A stretch of 64,000 nt of DNA from positions 124,001 through 188,000 of the forward strand of contig NC_135658.1 of the NCBI RefSeq assembly GCF_964188315.1, in the 5' to 3' direction. How positions within the stretch are numbered: position 1 is the first letter of the stretch; every line of letters begins with the position of its first letter. The notes beneath the pieces were generated by a model. The model did not search any database and was not told where the DNA came from. It saw only the letters and a list, made by a program, of their open reading frames with translations. Positions 13,201 to 25,200 of this stretch are shown piece after piece. The DNA comes from Podarcis muralis (Eukaryota). A program made the translations under genes and the position numbers.

Positions 13201-16200
13201 TAGTGGGCTGCATGTGCATGATATCTGCTGGAGGGGCAACCCCCCCAACCTATGCATAAATTCCTGCAACAACAGGAATATTTATTAGAAAAGAATTTAA
13301 ACAGCAAAACATTTGATGGTGGGCATCACTGTAAGATGAAAGACAAGCCCTGTTAGGACATCCCCTCTCCCTCCAATGACATGAGCATGCCCGCTCCCCA
13401 GCAGCAGATGGGGCAGTGGGCCTCCTGGGGAAGCAAAGTTAAGGTTCAGGTTTAGCACAGCTCTGCCCCCCCCCCCCATGGTGGCCTTGGCGGTGCCTGG
13501 AGGGTGTTTGCTTCTGGCTTGGGGAGGGGGCACAGGCACAGATTTCACACAACACAGAAAAGATGCTCAGCGGGCATGTCAAACACTGTGCTTCAGGGGG
13601 GCCACAGGTTTGTGGGGGAGGGTCTCTGGGTGCGTAGTATGTGGGGTTGGGGGCTCAATAGAGCACTGGGGTGGGGTGGGGGCCTCTGTCCTAGCCTGTT
13701 GGCAACAACTGCTCTTTATGGGCATATCTTTTTTTTAAAATCTGCAACTAGCACCCCTCCCCCTTCCTCTCTCTCTGCCCCCCACATGCTTCTTCCACCC
13801 CCCCCCCCATTTATCATTTGCACATCCTCTTGTCACCCACCAAGGCTAGTTTGAAAAAGGGAAGAAGTGCAGAAGAACCAGTTTCTGCTGCTTGTTCATA
13901 GAAACAGGAAATATGCAGCTGCAAAGAGAAAACAAGGGCTTTAATAGAATCATAGAATTGTATGATGATAATAATAATAATAATAATGATTATTTATTAT
14001 TTATACCCCGCCCATCTGGCTGGGTTTCCCCAGCCACTCTCCAAATATTGAAAGGGTTGGAAGGGACCCCCTAGGGTCATCCATACCAACCCCCTGAAAT
14101 GCATCAGCTAAAGCACCCATGGCAGAGGGCCACCCAGGCTCTGCTTAAAACCCCCCAATGCAAGAGAGTCCACAACCTCCCAAGGGTTGAACTGCTCTTA
14201 CTGTCAGAAAGTCTGTGGCCCTGTGAACCCCCCCCCCCCGGCCCCCCACCTCCCCTCCCTGGCCCTCCTTTGCACCCTGGGTGTTTTTTGCCTGGCTGGG
14301 ATATGTCCTTGATCTCTGACAACATCTCTTGGTGATAGCTCAGATAGTTGGTGGACCATGAGACTTTTAATCTCAGGGTCGTGGGTTGTGCCCCACATTG
14401 TGCAAATGATCTCTGCATTACAGGGGGCTGGACTAAATGACCCTCAGGGTCCCTTCCAACTCTACACTTCTGTGATTCTTGGATTCCCTGGATGGAGGAT
14501 GGAGAAGGGTGTGTAATGTGCGTAGAAACTGGTCAGTTATGCAAAGGTGACTACAGCCATTCCTCCGCCCTGTGGCCACGTGTCCTCGTGAATTCTGCTT
14601 CTCAAGGGATCCTGCTTGTGCCGTGGGAGGGAGATGTGCAGCCCCCACCTTAATGTAATTCAAACTCGCATCCTCCTTTGTCCCCTCTTGAGCTGCTTGG
14701 GCAGAGAAAATGTGGCTGTGCGTTGGCTCTGCACAGGCGGGCCACACCTGAATTCCTGCATGTGGCACCATCTGAGTGGCAGCGACTCCATGTCATTCTG
14801 GGCATTTGCACCTGGGGCCTGTCCTGCCCTTTCTCACCCAGTGGATCCTCCAGACCAGTTTCTACTCTTTCTGACTCGTGCCCAGGATCTGGCGTCCTCA
14901 CTGTGGGCATCAAGCCATGGAACTTCCTGCGAGAGCCAGGCTGCTTGCCTGGCTCCATCCAGCTGGTGTCTAGTGGTGCTGTGCCCCCAGTGGCTGGGCT
15001 CCCTGCTGCGCTTAAGTGATGGCGCCTCCCATTGTGTATCATGGAGGGCAAGGCTAATCCTGGCTACTAGCCATGCTGCCAGGAATCGCGGTGGCAACGG
15101 GGGGGGGGGGTGTCCTGCTTGTTTCTGGCCTTTGTCCTTTCAGGACACTGGTTGGCCACTGTGGGAACCAGGCTGGACTGAGGTGGGTCTGATCTCGTGG
15201 CCAGGGCATGCTTTTGAATGTAGGCTATGCCAGGGAGGGGGCTGTCCTTGGAAGAGGGTTGGGTGTGTGATGCAACAGGCCCCTGTGCCATGGGTGCCTT
15301 CTGAGCTCTCTCTGTGTACCCAGAGCCATGGGAGGAGTCAGGATTCACCCCCCCCCCCCGGCATGGCACTTGGGCTGCTGGTGAGCCCCCTCACTCTCCT
15401 CCCTGCCGATGCCAAGCTGGGCCTGCCTGAAGGTGGCCTCGGATGCCCTGTTGGTCTACAGCACAGCTGTGACTGCCCAGGCAGATTTGGGGCTCAGCGG
15501 AACTGACCGTGGGGCCTCTGGGCCCTGGCCTCCAGTCTCCCCCTGCTTAGCCCTGGCTGCGAGCGCAAGAGCTGAAGGACTCTGGCTTGATGCAGCTGCA
15601 GGGAGCCTCTGGGAAGTGTTGCTGCTGGCCACGCATGGCTGGCGGCCGCTGCTGCTGTCAACAGCTACCCACAGGGCCCGCTCTTCTGACCCAGCCCGTG
15701 CAGGCCAGCCGCTCCCCAGCTGACCCTGGAGGCCGGCCGGGAGCCGGGAGCCCTCATTTCCTGAAATAGCCCAGCTGGCTGCTCCTTCACCACTTTTAGC
15801 CGCTCAGCAACTGTGCCAGGGTGGGGAGGGCAGCTGCGCAGTGCGCCTAGCCGGGAGTGTGCGTGGGATCGCTGACCACACTGGCGCCACGGCTCCCCTC
15901 GTTCCTGGGCCTGAACCAAAGCCAGATGTGGAACTGCGGCTTTGCAAACATCTGCAGAGCGAGGCCTCCTGGGCAGCCTGCCATCCGGGGCCTGGGAGCT
16001 GGGCTGGGCTTGGATGGGCAGTGAGGGGAGCAGCCTGCAAAAAGGCCGGGTCCCTGCCTGAGAGGGGTGCGGAGAACAGGCACCCCTCTTTCCTGCCTGG
16101 AACCAAACCTCAGAGACGGCTGCCCTCCACCATTGCAAGTGCCCTGAAGGCATGAACTGAGGAGGAGGGGATCTCCCCCTCCTGATCACCCAGAGGGGCT

Positions 16201-19200
16201 CTGAGGAGGGTGCTGCTCCCTGCAGTCCTGCCATGCCCATTGAAGAGTCATCAAAGTTTTGTGGCAGGGAGGTGCTGGGTTCAAATCCCTGCCTTGTCAG
16301 CATCATAGCCTCCCTCACGGTGCCTTGCCCATCACTCTCTGGGCCTAAATGAATGACTGTGTGGATGAGCAAAAGGCGGGAGGAGCTGAGGAGACCATCC
16401 TCAGGATGGAGGGAGGCAGTGTGTGTGTGTGACATAGCCGCCTCTGGTCTCTGCCAGGGTTGTGGGTGGCCCTGACAGTCCCAGGATGCTGAGTGCTGCT
16501 GTGGCCGCCTTGGGAAGGCGGGATGTGGCGTCAGCACTTTGCTCTGAAACATGAGCCCCTTGCGGATGGGCGGCTGCTCCATTATGCAGTGACAGGCTGT
16601 GCCAGGAAGTGCAGTCCCCTCCCCAGCCGGCCATGCTCCAGCGCAGCCCCTCACAGCTGTCCCCCAGCAGTGGGGCTTCCAGTGCAAAGAGCAGGATCCT
16701 CAATGTCCCCGCCTGGTGCTCTGGGTGTGTGATTGTACGGCTGTGGCTGAGGAAGGGGGCCTGGCAGGCAGGAAATGCTCCATGTGGGGGCTGCTGCACA
16801 CCCCCTGCCACCCCCCCCCATCCTGTAGCACCTGGGGCTGAGGATTCGCAGGAGGCAGGATGGAAGAGGAGCTCCTGAGAATCTCAGAGCCAAAGGAGAG
16901 CTTTTCTCTGCTTTCGGATGACATGCAGCTGAGCGGTGGAGGTGGCGGCCAGCTTGGGTTTCCTGCATTTTGGGAGGGGGCAGGTTAACTCTTTGCACTG
17001 TTTTCCAGTCTAAATCCCACCCCACCCCTGAAAATACCACAGGAAGCTGTTTGTTTCCAGCTGCATTTTATTAAAAAGCGAAGTGTCAGGAGATCCCGTC
17101 GCAGGTCAGCTGAGCGATGTGTGGGGAAGCCTCCTCTGCCGCTGTGAGCAAGGATGCTTCGCGCACACTCAGCGTCTCCCCGTGAAGTGTGCTCAATGGT
17201 GGGCATCACCTTATGGGTCACAGGACCCGAGGGGTGGGGGTGGGGGCTTCACACGCCTGACCAGCTCCATGCGCTGCTTGCACCTCCCTGGCCAAGCTGT
17301 CATGAGAGTATTGGGGCCTCCTCTCTATTGGGGTTTTTTTGGGGGGGGAGTGGGAAGGGGTAGTTATAGAATCATAGAATAGTAGAGTTGGAAGGGACCC
17401 AGCCAAGGGCCATCTAGTCCAGCCCCCTGCATGCAGGAATCCCCGCTAAGGCATCTCTGACAGATGGGATTATTATTAATAAATGCACCCTGCCTGTCTG
17501 ATAAAAATTCCCCACTGCAGCTGCATCATTAAAATGATCTACAGCATATAAACCCCCAGAGTGTAGCTGGCTGGTTGGGGGGCTGGGCTGTTTGCTGGTC
17601 TGTGGGGCCACATGGCAAACCTCCCTCCCGCCTCCACCACCCACAGAGCTCTTTCCCTCAGGAACACTGGGAAGGAGCCGAAAGAGCTGCTGTCCTGGCT
17701 GGGGAGGGGAGGGGAGGGAGCCGCAGAATGCCGGCATCTCAGGCTTGCTGGTCTGGGTGGGTCTCCCCCCTCCCCAGGCACATCTTTGTCATTCCCCACA
17801 GCCTCACCCCCCTCAGGGCTTGCGGAAGAGTCTGTCCTCTGGGAAAGGAGCCCCCCCCCCCCCGCCTTGCAAGCAGGTCTAGGGTGTGTTTTCAAGAGGG
17901 GGGAGGAAATGGGGGCTGGTTTTAGCAATAGAGGGAGAACCCCAACCAAGAAGCACATGCTGCCTCTGGGATTCCCTTCTAATTAGAGCAAGCCAACATT
18001 AATCAACAATATTATCATTATTATTATGTTCCCTATGGGTTAGAGTAGGGCTCTGATCCTATGATCTGGCATTGTAAATAATGTTTGTGGTTCCTCATGG
18101 TGTCTTTCCCAAGAAGTCCATGTGCTGACAGCCATTGTCCTAGGAGGGGCATCTAGGCCAACCCTTCGCAATGCAGGAATCTCAACTAAAGTATTCAGGA
18201 CAGATGGCTACCCCAACCTCTGCTTAAAACCATTTAATGAAGGAGAGTCCACAACCTCCCGAGGGAGACCATCCCACTGTTGAACAGCTTTTCCTGTCAG
18301 AAAGTTCTTCCTGATGTTTAGTCAGAATCTCCTTTCTTGTAACTTGAAGCCACGGGTTCAGGTTATTCCCTCTGGAGCAGGAGAAACATGCTTACTCCAT
18401 CTTCCATGTGACAGCCCTTTAGATTCCCTCTCAGACTCCTCTTTTCCAGGCAAAACATCCCCAACTCCCTCAACCATTCCTCACAAGGCTTAGTTTACAG
18501 GCCCTTTATCAGCTTTGGTCACCAACCTCAGCATAATAATAATAATATATAATAATAATAATTTATTATTTATACCCCGCCCATCTGGCTGAGTTTCCCC
18601 AGCCACTCTGGGCGGCTCCCAATCACGTGTTAAAAACAGTACAGCGTTACATATTAAAAACTTCCCTGAACAGGGCTGCCTTAAGAAGTCTTCTGAATAT
18701 CAGGTAGTTGTTTATCTCTTTGACATCTGAGGGGGGGGGGGGCGTTCCACAGGGCGGGCGCCACTACCGAGAAGGCCCTCTGTCTGGTTCCTTGTAACCT
18801 CACTTCTCGCAATGAGGGAACCGCCAGAAGGCCCTCAGCACTGGACCTCAGTGTCCGGGCTGAACGATGGGGGTGGAGACGCTCCTTCAGGTATACAGGA
18901 CCGAGGCCGTTTAGGGTTTTAAGGTCAGCACCAATACTTTGAATTGTGCTCGGAAACGTCCTGGGAGCCAATGCAGTGTTATGTGGTCCCGGCGGCCACT
19001 CCCAGTCACCAGTCTAGCTGCCGCATTCTGGATTAATTGCAGTTTCCGGATCACCTTCAAAGGTAGCCCCATGTAGAGCGCATGGCAGTAGTCCAAGCAG
19101 GAGATAACTAGAGCATGCACCACTCTGGCGAGACAGTCCGCGGGCAGGTAGGGTCTTAGCCTGCGTACCAGATGGAGCTGGTAGACAGCTGCCCTGGACA

Positions 19201-22200
19201 CAGAATTTACCTGCGCCTTCATGGACAGCTGTGAGTCCAAAATGACTCCCAGGCTGCGCACCTGGTCCTTCAGGGGCACAGTTACCCCATTCAGGACCAG
19301 GGAATCCCCCACACCCGCCCACCCCCTGTCCCCCCAAAACAGTACTTCTGTCTTGTCAGGATTCAACCTCAATCTGTTAGCCGCCATCCATCCTCCAACC
19401 GCCTCCAGGCACTCACACAGGACCTTCACCGCCTTCACTGGTTCTGATTTAAAGGAGAGGTAGAGCTGGGTGTCATCTGCATACTGATGAACACCCAGCC
19501 CAAACCCCCTGATGATCTCTCCCAGCGGCAGCATGTAGATATTGAAAAGCATGGGGGAGAGGACGGAACCCTGAGGCACCCCACAAGTGAGAGCCCAGGG
19601 GTCTGAACACTCATCCCCCCCACCACTTTCTGGACACGGCCCAGGAGGAAGGAGCGGAACCACTGTATGACAGTGCCCCCAGCTCCCAGTCCCTCTAGAC
19701 GGTCCAGAAGGATGTCGTGGTCGATGGTGTCAAAGGCCGCTGAGACATCCAGCAGAACTAGGAAGCAGCTCTCACCTTTGTCCCTAGCCCGCCGAAGATC
19801 ATCGACCAGCGCGACCAAGGCATTTCCCATGGTGAGGCCTGAATCCCGATTGGAAGGGATCCAAATGGTCCGCATCCTCCAGGCGTGCTTGGAGTTGTCT
19901 GGCAACCACCCGCTCAATCACCTTGCCCAAGAATGGTAAATTTGAGACTGGGCGATAGTTAGCCAAATTGGCTGGGTCTAAAGATGTTTTTTTAAGAAGC
20001 GGTCTAATGACCGCCTCTTTCAGGGGGTCTGGGAAGGCTCCCTCATAGAGGGAAGCATTCACCACCCTGCAGAGCCCATCGCCCAGCCCTTCCCGGCTCG
20101 CTTTTATCAGCCAGGATGGGCAAGGATCAAGGAGACAGGTGGTCGGTTTCACTTGTCCAAGCAGCCTGTCCACATCCTCGGAGGTAACAGATTGGAATTG
20201 ATCCCATGTAACAGGACTAGACAGAACTCTAGCACTCTCCCGCCCTGGCCCTGCTCCCACGGTGGAGTCTACCTCCTTCTGAATCTGAGCGACTTTATCT
20301 GCAAAAAACTTTGCAAAAGCATTGCAGGAGATCTTGGGGTCCCTACCAGGCCCCGGTGGTGCAGGTGGTTTTGATAGATTGTGAACCACCTGAAAAAGTC
20401 TCCTGCTGCTGTTTCTGCAGATGCAATGGAGGCGGCGAAGAAAGCCCTCTTCGCCGTCACCATTGCCACTTGGTAGGCTCGAGGTTGAGCTCTAGCCTGT
20501 GTCCGGTCTGATTCAGGGTGAGTTTTCCGCCACCGGCGCTCTAGCCGTCTCAACGATTGTTTCATCACCCTCAGCTCCGGGGAAAACCACGGGGCTGTCC
20601 GAGCTCCATGCAATCGGAGAGGGCGCTTCGGAGCCAGACAGTCAATAGCCCTGGTTAACTCCGCATTCCAGCGGGCCACCAGGGAATCGGCTGAAAGGCC
20701 ATCAACATGGGATAAAGCATCCCCTACCACTCTCTGGAAACCAGTTGGATCCATTAAGTAGCGGGGGCGAACCATCCGAATCGGTCCCATCCAATCGGTC
20801 CCATACTTCCAGCTTGTCAACATCCTTCTTAAACTGGGGTACCCAGAACTGGACGCAGGACTCCAGGGTTACTATGACGTCCCTCAGGGCCAACCCAATA
20901 CTGTACATTTAGGCACCTGAGGAAAACTACAACATGCCCCCTCTGCCAGAGAAGAAAGGTGAAAAGCTACATCAAGAATAAGCAGGGAATAAAGATCTGC
21001 AATGGGATCTGTTGCTCCTGTGGATCCTGAGGCAGTCACCTCATTTTGCCTCCTGAGAGGACTGGCCCTGACATTCCTTGATGGCGACACTTGATGTTTG
21101 ATGAGGAAGCCTACAATTGCATGAGCTTTTTTCGCTGCTGCTGCTGCTTCCACCTTCTTCTTCTTTGGCTATTACTTGTAGCTGAGTAAGATTGTCTTCC
21201 ATGAACACAGTTTTAACAGTGAGTCCGTAAGTGACTGTGGAGGCCAATTCTGGATCCACACGTCCTTCCATAGTTCTGGGCGGGAGTTGATCACAGTGAG
21301 GGTTTGCCAAGCGTGCCTTCCTCTTAGCACGTTTTTCCTTTTCGTCCTGAGTTCAAAGCCCATGACATCTTTGGTCAAGGCTGTTCTCCAACTGGAGCGC
21401 TCGCAGGCCAGTGTTTCCCAGTTGTCAGTGTTTATACTACATTTTTTTAGATTTGCCTTGAGACAGTCTTTAAACCTCTTTTGTTGACCACCAGCATTAC
21501 GCTTTCCATGTTCAAGTTCAGAATAGAGTAGTTGCTTTGGAAGACAATAATCAGGCATCCACACGACATGACCAGTCCAACAAAGCTGATGATGAAGAAT
21601 CATTGCTTCAACACGGGTGATCTTTGCTTCTTCCAGTACACTGGCATTAGTTCACCTGTCTTCCCAAGTAATGTGTCAGATTTTTCGGAAACACCATTGA
21701 TGGAATCTTTTTGCTGCTGCATCACACTGCTGACTCACATTCAGCTTGTGGTTCACTAAGACCCCCCCCCCGACTGCAGTTAAGCCAGGGATCCCCCATC
21801 CTAGATCAGCCTTCCCCACCTTCCAGATGTGTGCAGGTGTGCATGCAAATGTGTCATTGTGGGGGGGAATGTTGCACTTTGGTCCTGCTCCTGCCGCCTG
21901 ACACGTGCAAATGCCATGCTTCTTTCTTGCTTCCTGCAGGTCACAGCCACGGATGCCGACAGCGGCTCTCTGGGCTCCCTCTCCTACTCCCTGGGCACCG
22001 GCCTCACGAGCTCAGCCCCCTCTGCCTTTCGCCTTGGGGAAGAGACCGGCCAGCTCTGCACCACGCAAGACCTGGACCGCGACGAGGGCACCTCCGCCTA
22101 TGACTTCACCGTCACGGCGGTGGATGGGGTGAGGAGGCCGCAGGGGCTCGCCCTCTTGTGGCAGAACAGCTTCAGCCAATGGTGGCAAAGGGTGGCCACA

Positions 22201-25200
22201 AGTGGGGTGGGGGGGCGGTTGGAGACCCTTCTGGCTGGACCGTGACAGCCTCTGTGGGTGTTGGGGTGGGCAGGAGGGTTTGCAGCAGCCACTTTGGCCT
22301 CACCCCAAAGAAGGCCGTGGTCACCGGGGCCAGCCACACCTGCCCTTCCAAAACACCAGGAGCCAGTTGGGCTGTGGAGGCACCAGTGCGGAACTGGAGC
22401 CCTGGCTGCTACCCCCGTCTGTGCCGCCCTCATTGGGGGCTTGTGGCTTCTGCCCCACCCACAGGCAGGGGCCATTTGAGGTGCGGCAGAGTGAAGCCAT
22501 AGAATTATAGAAGGGTCGAGTTGGAAGGGACCCCAAGGACCATCTCGACAACCTCTTGCCGTACAGGAATCACAACTGAAGCATCCCTGAATTAAACAAA
22601 GGGATGTGGATTCCCAGCAGCCTCTCTCTCTATCTCTCCTTCCTCCCTTCCCAGGGTGGGCTGAGCTCCATGGCCTACGTCAAGGTTTTCCTGGAGGACG
22701 TCAACGACAACGCCCCCACCTTCTACCCTCTGGAGTATGCCACCAGCATCAGCACCCAAAGCCATCCCGGCTCAGCAGTGCTGCGTGTCACGGCCCACGA
22801 CAAGGACGAGGGGCCCCATGGGCGGGTGACCTACCACATTGCCGCAGGCAACACGCCCTCCCTCTTTGCCATCAACCCAGACACGGGTGAGGAGGCGAGG
22901 TGGGGCAGGCAGGGCGGCGCCAGCCTCCAGGAGCTTCACCCCAGGGGGGCTGCTTCCTTCCTCCCCACCCCTGGCCCAGGCCTCCCCCACAACCAGCTCT
23001 CCCTCTTCCTTCGCAGGTGCCATCTCCTTGCTGAGGAGTCTGGTGGGCAAAGCCAACACACTGGTGCAGCTGGAGGTGGCGGCCCGGGACGGAGGGGGTC
23101 TGGCAGCCCAGCCCAGAGCTCAGGTCAACATCAGCATTGTGGCCGGCACCATCTCCCCGCCCAGCTTTGAGCGCACCCAGTACTACTTCACGGTCCCAGA
23201 AGACACCCGGCCGGGCAGCAGCGTTGGGGTCGTCTATGCCCACAACCCCGCAGGTAGGCACAGGGAGCCTGTAAAACAGGGGCAGGGAAGCTCTGGCCTC
23301 TGAGCCAGTCTTTGCCCATCAGGGGTCCCATTTTGGCCCCATAACCATGCCCAGCTGGCAGCACAGGCGACATCAGCGGATGGGTGAGACTTCTCGCTGC
23401 TTGCCCTCCCCCACCTGCTCTCTTAAAAGAGAAGTGCAGAGCTGTTTCAAAGAAGCCTTTTGGAAAGCCCCTGAAGATGGTCCCGGCGCTCTGTTTTAGC
23501 CACTCAGATGGGAGCACAGGGTCTGTCTTAAAGCACCTGGCAAAAAACGCTCTTTGAAGCACCTCCCACAAAGCACTTCCTGAAAGGACACTTTTGTGAG
23601 GTGCTTTAGGAGAGTCCGGTGCTTGAGTGATATTTAAATTATGGGGGAGGCTGCTTCAAAGAGTGCTTTTGCAAAGGGCTTTAAATGTCTCTTAAACCAT
23701 ATTAAGAGGAGGGTGCTGCTGCTTCAATGAGTGCTTTTGCAAAGGGCTTTCAGATGCATCTCTCCCCCACCCCCCATTCAAGTATGAAGCTCATGGGGGA
23801 GAGCAGGGCTATCCTAAGCCATTTGGGCCAAAGCTGTTGCAGGTCCCCAAGTTCTTAACAGTCAGGCAGCTGGCTGTCAGGCGCTTAGCAACCCTGTGCA
23901 ATAGGCTTTCAGAGGTGGGAGGGGCAGCCCAACTGTCAGTCAAGTGACACCACATGCTGTCTACCTGTCAGATTTGGCTTGCAAGGCTGATCAGGATCTG
24001 CACCATCGATCCAAACAGGTCCCACACCCCTACAATAAATGCAGCGAGTGGCAGGAGCTCAATAGAAGAGTTTCTGTGTCCCAAGTAGGTCTCTATTTGG
24101 GGGGCCAGGGGGGGCTGTTTCCCACTCCAGCCGGTCTCCACTCCCCCCCTCTGTTCTTGCCTCCAGGCCACTTGGACAGTGTGTTCTACTCCATCTCCTC
24201 GGGGGACCCCCACGGGTACTTCTCGGTGGACCCCGAATCGGGGGAGCTGCACACCAGCCTGCCCCTGGACCACGAGGCCCAGCCCCTCCTCCTCCTCGAG
24301 GTCCAAGCCCGCAGCGGCTCCCCTCCCGCCTACAGCAGCGCTCGGGTGCAGATCAGCATCACGGACGTCAACGACAATGCGCCCGCCTTCCCGGCCCCCT
24401 CTGACTCAGTGCTGCTACCTGAGGGGGCTGCCCTGGGCACCGTGGTCTACACAGTGCAGGCGGAGGACCGTGACAGCGGGGCGAACGGACAGGTGCGCTT
24501 CGAACTGGCCTCAGGAGGGGCCAGCGCCTTCACCGTGGAGCACTTCTCCGGGAAGGTGCGCCTGGCGGGGGCCCTGCAGCGGGAGACCAGCGCCCCCTAC
24601 AGACTGGTCATCCTGGCGCAGGACGGCGGGGTCCCCCGGCTCAGTGCCACCTTCACCCTCTTGGTTCACCTGCAGGCGGCCGATGAGCACGGCCCCATCT
24701 TTGACACGCTCACCTACCGCGTGGAGGTGCGCGAGGGCGTGCCCGTGAGCACCCGCTTCCTGCAGGTGCGAGCCCTGGCCCGGGAGCCCAGCGCCCCCTT
24801 GGCCTACCACCTGCGGGCCGAGGGGGATGCGGCCAGCTTTGGCATCGCTCCCGACACCGGCTGGCTGTACGTGCGCAGCTCCCTCGACCGGGAGGTGCAG
24901 GAGCTGTACGTGCTGACGGTGCTGGCGGTGGCCGGGGAGGCGGAGGGTCGCCAAACGGGCACCAGCACCGTGCGCATCACTGTCACGGATGAGAACGACA
25001 ACAGCCCCCGCCTGAGCGAGGAGCGCTACTTCTTCACTGTGGCCGAGAACAGGCCGGCCGGCAGCAGCGTGGGCCGGGTGACGGCCAGCGACCGGGACGC
25101 GGGACAGAACAGCCGCCTGGCCTACCGCCTGGTGCCGCCCGAGGGAAACTTCCTGGTCCACACCCAGACTGGTGAGGGAGCAGAGCGGGAGGCCCTTCTC

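Noticed and set aside
14331-14403. Functional tRNA-Lys gene
   Set aside because: The D-arm and T-loop are corrupted (GGTTGTG, not GGTTCGA), the acceptor stem is broken, and it is fused to a CR1 tail, so it is a SINE.
15665-16687. 340-aa minus-strand ORF (and the 382-aa ORF at 28639..29787)
   Set aside because: No recognisable homology or splice context; 28639..29787 has a GTG start and overlaps a DCHS1 exon antisense. Consistent with chance in GC-rich, TA-depleted DNA.
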